A stretch of DNA of 63,972 nt, counting the filler, from Octopus bimaculoides (Eukaryota): the NCBI RefSeq assembly GCF_001194135.2. It is 8 parts of 8 records of this genome, joined end to end, with 100 filler letters (N's around TTAATTAATTAA, not from the genome) between each part and the next. Parts side by side here need not be neighbours in the genome. Positions count along the whole stretch, not along the records: positions 36,338 to 54,070 come from NC_068998.1; positions 54,171 to 58,445 come from NW_026311106.1; positions 58,546 to 62,850 come from NC_068989.1; 5 more parts are not named here. One strand, written 5' to 3'. Position numbers and translations under genes: made by a program. This document shows positions 50,252-61,689 of the stretch, one piece after another; within the stretch, counting starts at the first letter, position 1; each line of letters begins with the position of its first letter. The notes under the pieces were generated by a model, which was given only the letters and a program-made list of their open reading frames with translations, did not search any database and was not told where the DNA came from.

Positions 50252-50607
50252 GAAATATGTCCGCGGCCTCTGGCCTGATGTATTTTTTTTGCTTTTTACC
50301 GACTGCTACTGCATAATCTTCCACACTTTCTTCTGAGTCGCTTTCGTACTCCGAGTCGATGCTCTCTAGGAGCTCCAACACTTCGTACAAATCACTAGTC
50401 AGTTTGTGCAGGCACAATTCCCACACAAAATGCAAACAATTCGCCGCTAACAGGGTACGACAGGAAAACGAAGCCTGTTCAGGCGAACAATGTGTCAAAA
50501 GACACTAACAGTTTTTAAACACGCAGTAGTCCCAATGAGTACAATCGCAACAAAACGACGTCAAACAATAAATAACCAACCGCAACTCAAATGCATGATT
50601 CGCCGAC

Positions 50608-52340
50608 TTTTTTCATTTTGTTGGTCAATGTGGGCTTTACACAGAGGGGATGAACAAGAACAGACAATACAGCACCTGTGGGGACATAAAACATAACGAA
50701 TGAATGAAATGGGTTTATATAATGGATGAAGATGTAATGGCTACTCGAACCCCACTTTTGAGTAGTACCATTTTAACTATATTTTCTCTCTCTTTCTTTT
50801 TTATACCAACGTTTATCAAATTAATTTATCTTAATATGTAAAATAGGGTCTCAATTGTTCAAATTCCATCACAGGTGGCAGATGATCATATCTTACCTCC
50901 TGCCCTAGTGGGTTCCCGTCATCGCCAAAGCTTGCCTTTAATTTTTTGTAATTTTTTATATCTATTAATATACACTCCATGCTTGGTACGCGTATATTGT
51001 CCTCCTCTATAATTCTTATTACCGACTTCATTTTTGCAATTTTTCCTCAATGGACTCGCTTGTCCAAAAGTTCGTTAGATACGCCCAATGTTTATAACTG
51101 GTCTGTAATACTTGTATGTATTCAACTGGAGACTCTGTACTGTCTGTGTTTCCTTGTGTATATCTACCTGAAGATTCTGGGCTGTCTGTGTGTGCTTGTG
51201 TATATTTAACTGTGGATATTCTTGTCTGGGATATTCTTGTGTGTTTGCCGTAATGAGATATACTGTGTGGGCGCTTGTATGTTACTTACTTTCTTCTTTT
51301 TCTTCTTTTTTGAGTTCTTCGGGTTTAGGGTGTTTTTAATGTCCTTCCTCTTTCTATTCTGTATATCCTGGACTCCCTCATCTCTGCTTTCTACATTTGC
51401 CTCTTCCGTTTTTTCCTTTGATTCTCGTCTCTGTTATTTTCTTCTTGTATCTCCCCTATTGGTACTTGGCTGTTAAGAAGGGGGACAATTCGCTTTAATG
51501 TGGCTCTTCTTTCTGTAGTTGTTGTAGATTGGAGGCCTTCCCTCCACCACCACTCGCAGCTTCACATCTTCTGGTAACACTATCTCTTCGGTAATTTCCT
51601 GTGGGTCAAGTGAGGTGGCATGGATTATGATGCGGCTTACCTGCTTCACTTCTGGGTCCTCCTTTGTTTCTATTAAGATTGCTGCGAGCAGCCACATCTC
51701 ATGAATCTCAGGGGGCACCCTGCCAATCCTCACTGTCACCACTCTTTTCCCGAGATATGTTGGCAGGAGTGCCCATTTTCTGTTTTCAATGTTACAGTGT
51801 AGTACTTTACTGCCTCCTCCACAGTAGGGAAGCGCACCTCCACTGTACCAAACTTTCTTGCTCTGCAGTAAAATTCAACGTTACTTCTCATATCTTTTAA
51901 GCACTCTTCTATATCTTCCTCGCCAACCACTTCTATCCTCCCGCCTGTCAGTGACAGGGCTCTACAAACCACTACTTTCTCTCTCCACCTCGTGTTACAT
52001 CTTCGGGCAGGGTCAATTTCAATCCCGACCCCCTCCTTCTATCAACTTCCGGCCTCCTCCCACCACCTCAAGTCTACAGGCTCCTCCCGACCTCCAGCTG
52101 TCTCACAGCAGCTGCTACACTCTCTCGACCTGCCGCCGAAGCGCAGCTCTCGACACGTGCCCGCAACTGTTCCATTGCCCACTGCAACCCTCGCCCCCAG
52201 TGGGGGAGAAAACAAAAACAAAAGCAAACAATACAACAAAGGTTCAACAACAGCCAACCTTGCCAGGGAGGACCTTAGAACAAAGGACAACCCATCCGCA
52301 ACGATAACAATTCAACACTGAGTGATACGACTCTTTACGA
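50608..52340 (-). mobile_element. L1/Tx1-family ORF1-only element (lineage C)
   Basis: RARKFGTVEVRF..VTVRIGRVPPEIHEMWLLAA..KLRVVVEGRPP..SHIKANCPP (51972-51473), charged linker, C-terminal domain 51031-50831, then directly a 3' UTR with cctctgtgt..A-rich end. No ORF2. Confidence 0.78.
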
Positions 52341-52379
52341 GGTCGCGTGGATCACCGAATGACACCACTTATCGTGTTT

Positions 52380-54030
52380 GTCCACTATTTATTTGTAGTG
52401 GAACAGCCCATTTCTCACACTCGGGTGTGTCTTCCGCAACAACACCACACCCCATCACACAGCACAATCCCTCCGTTGATGAGCCCTTAGATGACTTTTA
52501 AGATCAGCTGCTGGCCGACAGGGTTTGTTGTGGTTGCTTACCAGAGTTGAACTCACCATAAAAAAGACGCTTTGGCAATCGCTCAACATGTCTAGCTCAT
52601 CTCATTTGCGCTCAACATGTCCATTCCGTCTAATTTGAACCAAGATAACATGTTGTTTAATTGAGCTACAACGTGCCATGCGCAAAACTTCTGTATCTAG
52701 TATGAAACATCCCCACTTGACTCCCAAGATACGTCTGAAGCACTTTTGCTGAAATCTCTCCAGCATTTTCATATGACGCCTGTAAGTGGTCCACGTCTCA
52801 CTCAAATAAAGTCAATACACACGTTTTATTGACACTGATTTTAGTCTGCAAGGAAAAAACCTATATCCGTCCATACTCGCTTTTCCAGCTTTCCAAATGC
52901 AACACTTCCCTGCCCTATTCGAGAGTACATTTCTACATCAAGACCACCATCTCTGGAATAATGAATAGATGGAGAGAACACTTTGCAGATCTCTTCTACA
53001 ATCCTTCTGTAATGAACATGGATATCATAAACAACATTCCACAAAGAAAGATAGTGCAACACATGAAAGATACACATTCTATTGAAGAAGTAGATCAGGT
53101 AAAGCTCCTGGATTGGATGGTATTCCAGTTGAAATTTTGAAAGCAGGTGAGGATAATATTTCATCTGAAATTCACAGCCTGGAATGAATCTACAGTTTGG
53201 AATGAATCTTCTGTGCCACAGGAATGGATAAATGACATTCTAATTTCTAAATATACAAGGATAAATGCCCAAAAGCAGTGTGTGGTAATTCTAGAGGGAT
53301 AACTCTCCTGGCACATACCGGAAAGATAATTTCAAGGATTATATTAGATTGCCTCGTTGAGAATGTGTGTCCACATATGATTCCCGAAGAACAGTGTGGT
53401 TTCATACCTGAGTGAGGAATAATGGACATATTTTCTGCAAGGCAGGTTCAAGAGAAATGCTTAGAGGAACAAATGTCACTATACCAGGTCTTCGTAGATT
53501 TAACTAAGGCAATTGACATGGTAAACAGGGAGGCACTGTGGATTGTTTTGTGCAAACTTGGTTGCCCAACACATTATGTGAGCATATTTAAGGAACTACA
53601 CAAAAACATGAAAGCTCAGGTAGTCTCTTCGGTGGATAACGGTGTCAAACAGGGAGATGTTCCTAACCCTACACTTTCCTCTATTCTGCTGCATTGCTTT
53701 GCTATGCTTTCAAGCATTGCAACAGAGGAATCGGAATCAGGTTTCGGACATCTGATCGCATTTTTATTCTGATCCGATTTAGCTTCAAAGCAAATACTTG
53801 CAAAACACTGGTAAGAGAATTACTTTATGCTGATGATTCTGATTTGTTGGCACTCTCAGAGCAGGATATGCAACATATAATGGACAGATTTTCCACTGCA
53901 TGTGTACATTTCGGACTCACAATTAGTCTTGGGAAAACCAAAATATTGTTTACTCCCGCACCAGGACAAACATATTCTGAAGCAAACATTTTTGTGAATG
54001 GAACAAGGTTAGAAGTCAAGCACTGTCACA
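52380..54030. mobile_element. RTE (BovB-like) LINE with an inverted 5' segment
   Basis: Minus strand 52960-52380: SRDGGLDVEMYSRIG..SETWTTY..LPKRLFYGE..KSHLRAH. Plus strand 52960-54030: RWREHF..APGLDGIP..QCGF..FVDLTKA..GVKQG..LLYADD..GTRLEV. Confidence 0.88.
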
Positions 54031-54170
54031 CACTTATTGGATTTATGATTCACTGAAGATCAATATATATNNNNNNNNNNNNNNNNNNNNNNNNNNNNNN
54101 NNNNNNNNNNNNNNTTAATTAATTAANNNNNNNNNNNNNNNNNNNNNNNNNNNNNNNNNNNNNNNNNNNN

Positions 54171-54225
54171 GGGACTGAACTCGGAACCATGTGGTTCGTA
54201 AGCAAGCTACTTACCATACAGTCAC
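54171..54225 (-). mobile_element. SINE family 1 head fragment
   Basis: gggactgaactcggaaccatgtggttcgtaagcaagctacttacca. Confidence 0.75.
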
Positions 54226-55804
54226 TCCTATGCCTATAAACAAACAAACAATGAAGGAGCAAAATATCCCAAAATCTGGTATATACGCCCATTACCCATT
54301 TTTCATCTTCGATCGCATTGTTTGTTTACATCTGACGTTTCGTATCCGAAACGTCGTAAGAAAATTAGTGCTGGTTAGAATTTCTGTTGAAAATTTGTAG
54401 AGATGAACTTAACATTAAAAAAGTATATCCCGACTAAAGGGACCGTCCCCTCCTCGTACGTTCTATTTGCTTTCATTTTGAACATATTTTGCTTTTACGG
54501 AAATGTAAGCATTATAGGTCGCACATACGTAATATATGTGTTTTGTTTAAAAGGCTCATTTGCTGCGGCATAGCGACCAGGGAAAGCTTCCTACTCGACG
54601 CCAAGTGTTAAAGAACACCGAGTGTCCCAGACTAGACGAGATAACTCGCCCCGAAGTGATTGAGAATGGCGGATATCGATATTTCGCCATTATTGTGGTT
54701 TATCAATATCAGAGTGGTTCGAGTACATGGTACAGGTATTCTTGTGGTTCGCGCATTTTCTGACGTTATCTGTCTGTCACTCTGTCAGTTTGTCTATCTT
54801 TTTGTCTCTTTGTCTCCCTGTCCCCTGTCTTCCCCCCACTTCTCTTCTCCTTCTCACTCCTAGTTTGAAAGCTGAAAGCCTTCAAAAGTCTAACAGCTGG
54901 GTTTTCTGCTCTCACCGCTTTTGTTTCGGCACCAACGGCAGAACACGGCTCTGGAATAGTCCTACAGTTTTCAGAAATTATTAAGGATCCTTCCCGACCA
55001 CGTGACATATTTGTCACATTCTCACCCACTACCTGTCCATATTGCACTACAAAGCTGACAAGGATCGAAAAGTCAGAGCCACTACTAATGCCCTCTGTCT
55101 ATCGCCTTTATATTGAACTGGCTGACGTATTATGATATGAGCCTATGGGCCATCGACCCGGCCTGCTCCTCGCCTTAACTTCGTTGCTACAAAACAGGAG
55201 TACACTGTTTATGAAAACTGCAACTTCTAAAACAACGGCCAGGAACCTCCGTAATTGTTCATTTGAATATATGTGAAAGCCTTCATTTCTTTTATTTTTA
55301 ACAGTAGAGAGATATGTTATTTTCTACTTGTTCGCTCTTGTGTGTGTTGCTCGGGCAAGAAGGCACTATTCTTCGTAACAAACTTCTGCCTTGTCGTTTC
55401 TGTTTTTGTACATTCAAATAGTATTTATGGATCCCTACTGTAAAAAACCCACCTCGTATTATTGATTTAAGAAGTTCATTACGTTGTTCTGTCGTTTGTT
55501 ATGCTTCTTTTGTCTGTTTGTTGAGTGTTTTTCTATTTGTTAATCTGTGTTAATATTTTCCCCAGGTTTACAGTGATGCCATCCCCACTGTTACAAACAC
55601 CCCACTCTTCCCCTCTGTAAGACGAAGTCATCTTATATTCCTGCAGTTTATAGAATGTAAAAATATGAAATGTTTACAAACAAATCATATTTTTTTCATC
55701 CCCAAAGAAAAATATTGACACTGAAAAGCTCCAGTCTTCTTATCGGCAAAATATCTCAGGTGTTAAATCCCAAAACGCAGATCAAACTAAACACATCTTC
55801 CCAC

Positions 55805-55805
<1 letters not shown>

Positions 55806-55850
<45 letters not shown>
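55806..55850. repeat. (AAT)n microsatellite (others: (TAT)n ~21075, (TTA)n ~63335, (AAT)n at the window end)
   Basis: Directly visible. Confidence 0.95.
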
Positions 55851-56591
55851 NNNNNNNNNNNNNNNNNNNNNNNNNNNNNNNNNNNNNNNNNNNNNNNNNN
55901 NNNNNNNNNNNNNNNNNNNNNNNNNNNNNNNNNNNNNNNNNNNNNNNNNNNNNNNNNNNNNNNNNNNNNNNNNNNNNNNNNNNNNNNNNNNNNNNNNNNN
56001 NNNNNNNNNNNNNNNNNNNNNNNNNNNNNNNNNNNNNNNNNNNNNNNNNNNNNNNNNNNNNNNNNNNNNNNNNNNNNNNNNNNNNNNNNNNNNNNNNNNN
56101 NNNNNNNNNNNNNNNNNNNNNNNNNNNNNNNNNNNNNNNNNNNNNNNNNNNNNNNNNNNNNNNNNNNNNNNNNNNNNNNNNNNNNNNNNNNNNNNNNNNN
56201 NNNNNNNNNNNNNNNNNNNNNNNNNNNNNNNNNNNNNNNNNNNNNNNNNNNNNNNNNNNNNNNNNNNNNNNNNNNNNNNNNNNNNNNNNNNNNNNNNNNN
56301 NNNNNNNNNNNNNNNNNNNNNNNNNNNNNNNNNNNNNNNNNNNNNNNNNNNNNNNNNNNNNNNNNNNNNNNNNNNNNNNNNNNNNNNNNNNNNNNNNNNN
56401 NNNNNNNNNNNNNNNNNNNNNNNNNNNNNNNNNNNNNNNNNNNNNNNNNNNNNNNNNNNNNNNNNNNNNNNNNNNNNNNNNNNNNNNNNNNNNNNNNNNN
56501 NNNNNNNNNNNNNNNNNNNNNNNNNNNNNNNNNNNNNNNNNNNNNNNNNNNNNNNNNNNNNNNNNNNNNNNNNNNNNNNNNNNNNNNNNNN

Positions 56592-56870
56592 CCTATCATA
56601 GTAGGTGCCTTAGGTATAATAAAAAAATATTCAGACAAATACATAACAAAAATACCAGGACTTACAAATATATATAACATACAGAAAATTGCACTACTGG
56701 GTACTGCACACATTCTACGCAAAACACTTTCAATACAGTAAACATAAGAGCACCACAGCAAACCACAGCACATACCCAAGGCGCACAGAGCAGCGCTCGG
56801 TAGTGAAGTGAAAGCACGTTATAAAAATAAAACTACTGAATGATAATAATAATAACAACAACAATAACAA
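56592..56870 (+). mobile_element. 3' end of a young R4/Dong-like LINE with an (AAT/AAC) tail
   Basis: Uninterrupted PIIVGALGIIKKYSDKYITKIPGLTNIYNIQKIALLGTAHILRKTLSIQ* (56592-56741), then 3' UTR and tail. Confidence 0.85.
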
Positions 56871-58584
56871 CAACGATGACGACGACAACAACAACAACAC
56901 TAATCAATGATAATGCTGAGACATCCTTCGGTCATGACTGACCATGGGATTGCGCCTAGAAAGTTACCCTCCCAAGCACAAGTCCGGGCAATGATGCTTA
57001 TGGAAGACCAGCGGTCGCCCATCCATACCAGCCTCCTCTCTCCACACTATTAATGTTATCCAAGGGAAAGGCAAAGGCAGATACAGTTTGGTACCTGTGA
57101 CGTCGCAACTCATTTGTACAACTGAGTGAACTGGAACAATGTGAAATAAAGTGTCTTGCTCAAGAACACAACACACAGCTGAGATCAACTTTGCCTTTCA
57201 TCCTTTCGAGGTCGATAAATTAAGTACCAGTTACGCACTGGGGTCGATATAATCGACTTAATCCCTTTGTCTGTTCTCGTTTGNNNNNNNNNNNNNNNNN
57301 NNNNNNNNNNNNNNNNNNNNNNNNNNNNNNNNNNNNNNNNNNNNNNNNNNNNNNNNNNNNNNNNNNNNNNNNNNNNNNNNNNNNNNNNNNNNNNNNNNNN
57401 NNNNNNNNNNNNNNNNNNNNNNNNNNNNNNNNNNNNNNNNNNNNNNNNNNNNNNNNNNNNNNNNNNNNNNNNNNNNNNNNNNNNNNNNNNNNNNNNNNNN
57501 NNNNNNNNNNNNNNNNNNNNNNNNNNNNNNNNNNNNNNNNNNNNNNNNNNNNNNNNNNNNNNNNNNNNNNNNNNNNNNNNNNNNNNNNNNNNNNNNNNNN
57601 NNNNNNNNNNNNNNNNNNNNNNNNNNNNNNNNNNNNNNNNNNNNNNNNNNNNNNNNNNNNNNNNNNNNNNNNNNNNNNNNNNNNNNNNNNNNNNNNNNNN
57701 NNNNNNNNNNNNNNNNNNNNNNNNNNNNNNNNNNNNNNNNNNNNNNNNNNNNNNNNNNNNNNNNNNNNNNNNNNNNNNNNNNNNNNNNNNNNNNNNNNNN
57801 NNNNNNNNNNNNNNNNNNNNNNNNNNNNNNNNNNNNNNNNNNNNNNNNNNNNNNNNNNNNNNNNNNNNNNNNNNNNNNNNNNNNNNNNNNNNNNNNNNNN
57901 NNNNNNNNNNNNNNNNNNNNNNNNNNNNNNNNNNNNNNNNNNNNNNNNNNNNNNNNNNNNNNNNNNNNNNNNNNNNNNNNNNNNNNNNNNNNNNNNNNNN
58001 NNNNNNNNNNNNNNNNNNNNNNNNNNNNNNNNNNNNNNNNNNNNNNNNNNNNNNNNNNNNNNNNNNNNNNNCTACAAGACATTAAATGTCCATGGTCATA
58101 AATTATTGAAGTTAATCTCCAACTACAACCACAACTGCAACAACTATCACCACTACCCCCAACGATCACCACCACTACCACCATCACCACCACCACCATC
58201 ACTACCACCATATCCACAGCAACAACCACAACCAGTCTCTCCTATCGCTTCGAGCTTTAACCTCTACTATCTCGCCCCCGTCGTTACAATTACACCTCGC
58301 CATCATTGCACGACTCTCACAACCTCCACCTCCACCACCATCATCAAAACCACCACCTCCACCTCCATCACCACACCATCATCATCACCATACTCTATTA
58401 CCTCCCTTTGTTAGATCATATCTTAAAAGAAATCATGGCAAAAAANNNNNNNNNNNNNNNNNNNNNNNNNNNNNNNNNNNNNNNNNNNNTTAATTAATTA
58501 ANNNNNNNNNNNNNNNNNNNNNNNNNNNNNNNNNNNNNNNNNNNNTATATATATATATGTGTGTGTGTATAATTATTGGGGTCG

Positions 58585-58623
<39 letters not shown>

Positions 58624-58943
58624 AACCCTAGAACTATATAAAAAATCTGTCTGTCGTTTCCTTCTCGCTCTCCCTTTCTCTATATTATATATCTATCTTA
58701 TATGTGTACGTGTGTATGCATTTAGTGCTCGTTAACACCATATATATGTACATGTATATATGTACATGTGTATATATGTATATACATATATATATACATG
58801 TTTATACATGTATACACATATATATGTACATATATATATATATGTATAATATAATATAAGGATAACATCTTTTTAAGAATTTATCAAGTATTCAGCGTGA
58901 AAAAAACCTCATATGGAAAAAAACCATCATTTTTTTTCCATAA

Positions 58944-59338
58944 ATATATATAATATAATCTATATAAGGGCATTATTATAAAATAAAGCCTCACGCTTAG
59001 AGGGACTTCATAAGTCAAAACTACCAAAATAAGCATATGTTTACCGATTGCAGGGAATGCAACCTTCAAAGCTAACCTCCTAAAAACTTTTAACTTAACG
59101 GCAAACCACTGGTTTCATAATTAATACAGCAAAACTATGCAGTAAGCTGCATCTTTTATTCATCAGTGCACGTATGGTCAAGACACAAAGAATAAACAAG
59201 AATCGACATACCCTGATGTACCCAACAACAGCAGCACAGCGACTTCTGTTCATCCTTATATATCCGTGAAAGAGGATATATTAAGTCCCTCTAAGCGTGA
59301 GGCTTTATTTTATAATAATGCCCTTATATAGATTATAT

Positions 59339-59347
<9 letters not shown>
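58944..59347. mobile_element. MITE/foldback with perfect 65-bp terminal inverted repeats in a TA-rich site
   Basis: 58944-59008 is the exact reverse complement of 59283-59347. Confidence 0.75.
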
Positions 59348-59375
<28 letters not shown>

Positions 59376-59885
59376 GTATATNNNNNNNNNNNNNNNNNNN
59401 NNNNNNNNNNNNNNNNNNNNNNNNNNNNNNNNNNNNNNNNNNNNNNNNNNNNNNNNNNNNNNNNNNNNNNNNNNNNNNNNNNNNNNNNNNNNNNNNNNNN
59501 NNNNNNNNNNNNNNNNNNNNNNNNNNNNNNNNNNNNNNNNNNNNNNNNNNNNNNNNNNNNNNNNNNNNNNNNNNNNNNNNNNNNNNNNNNNNNNNNNNNN
59601 NNNNNNNNNNNNNNNNNNNNNNNNNNNNNNNNNNNNNNNNNNNNNNNNNNNNNNNNNNNNNNNNNNNNNNNNNNNNNNNNNNNNNNNNNNNNNNNNNNNN
59701 NNNNNNNNNNNNNNNNNNNNNNNNNNNNNNNNNNNNNNNNNNNNNNNNNNNNNNNNNNNNNNNNNNNNNNNNNNNNNNNNNNNNNNNNNNNNNNNNNNNN
59801 NNNNNNNNNNNNNNNNNNNNNNNNNNNNNNNNNNNNNNNNNNNNNNNNNNNNNNNNNNNNNNNNNNNNNNNNNNNNNNNNNNNNN

Positions 59886-60120
59886 GGTCCGACGAGCCGA
59901 CGGCTGGCTGACCGGTTCACCGAACATCTACAAGATATTCGGTTACGCATGTACACCCCCGTCGCCCGTCATTTCCGCTTGGCCAACCAACCCATTTCTA
60001 ATATCTCCGTTCTTGGCCTCGCATCAGGACTCCGCCTGGAACAGCGTACATTTTCAGTCTACAAACACAAACTCCTTACAGACTCAACACAACCCCCTCT
60101 TCTTAATGTCTTCTTAACCC
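59886..60120 (+). mobile_element. Penelope-like element GIY-YIG C-terminal fragment
   Basis: GPTSRRLADRFTEHLQDIRL..TPVARHFRLANQPISNISVLGL..RLEQR..LLNVF. Confidence 0.78.
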
Positions 60121-60459
60121 CCCTTAAAAAGCAACTTTTTATCTTCTTTTATATCCACTTACTTTTTTTACACTGGTACAATCGTTTTCTTATCGTTTTT
60201 TTCCGTCGATTTTTTAAATTTTTTAACTGTATTAATTTTTTTATAATGTTTATAATTTTTTTATAATTGTATCAATTTATATTTTATCCCTTTAATTTTA
60301 ATTTTTTAATTTTTAATTTTTTATTTTCTATCTTGTATCTGTTATTTTTGTATTTTTTATTCATTTTTATTCATTAATTTAGTTTTTCGTCTTTTACCCT
60401 TCACCCTTTTCCCCCTTTTTTACTGATCGTATTTTATTTTATTTTGTTTTATTTCTGTA

Positions 60460-61560
60460 TACATGCACACATACATACACACTCGTATATATACACACAC
60501 GCACACATGCACATATCCTCACACACAAGAACACACATATACCTCACATATACATCCAGACACGCACCACACACATACACACAACACACATTCATGCTCA
60601 CACATACACACGCATACACACGCATACAACGCACGCATACACATACGCACATAGACAGATGCACGCACACAGGAACGCACATATACCTCCACACACACAA
60701 CCCCACGCACACACTCGCATACACACACGACACACATATATGCCCGCGCATACACATGTACACACACGCGCAAACACATATAAACATATGCACACACACA
60801 CGCACAGGAATGCACATATACTTAACACACACGACCCACACGCACACACACACACAAACACACACGGACATACACACACACACACATAAACTTGCACACA
60901 CATACACACAACTACACGCATATACACACACGCACAAGAACACACATATACCTCCACACATAACCTCACGTACACACATATACACATGCATACATACACG
61001 CACATATACACACACGCACACAAATACATACACATGCACCACACACACGCAATCCCACATACACACATGCACGCACACACACAAATACACACGCGCACAT
61101 ACACATACATACGCACACAATTACACATACATGGGCATACGCACACGCAGATACACACACGTACAAACATATGCGCGCACATGCACGCTCACACACACAC
61201 GGGAACGCACATATAACTCCACACACACAACCCCACACACAAACCCACGTACATGCACATGCACACACGCACATACACACGCACCTACATACTCGTACGC
61301 ACACACGCACACACACTCACACAGGCACTCGCACGCGCACACACAAACGCATACACACACCACACAAATCACACACACAACATATACATACACGCATTCA
61401 CACATACATACATTCACACACATATATAAACAGCGATCAGCACACAAACACCGCACACACAACATACACACATGTACACGCACACACACATACACACACA
61501 CACACACACAGAATTGCGTGCACGCACATACCCACACAGACGCACACATACCTCTTTCTC
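60460..61560. repeat. CA-rich cryptic minisatellite
   Basis: Anchor ca(a/g)gaa(c/t)(a/g)cacatata at ~60526, 60670, 60805, 60935 and 61200. Confidence 0.8.
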
Positions 61561-61689
61561 TCACACTCTCCTGTCTTAGAAAGAACTTTTTTTTCGCCCA
61601 TATCCTTCCGGTCATTTCAAAATGTAACCTTATGTGGATCGTTGGCGATTTTTCCCATTCGTCTTCCTTTTCCCTTGGACTTTCCTCCG

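Larger units (their letters stand above)
48232..50607 (-). mobile_element. L1/Tx1-family ORF1-only element (lineage A, copy A4), split by a DNA transposon at 49165-50251
   Basis: Leader 50607-50450; ORF1 start (WELCLHKLTSDLYEV..DYAVAVGK) to 50260 resumes at 49156 (EGANVRLTP..KFGTLEV); internal deletion near 48870; repeats, 3' UTR and tail at 48232-48240. Confidence 0.82.
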
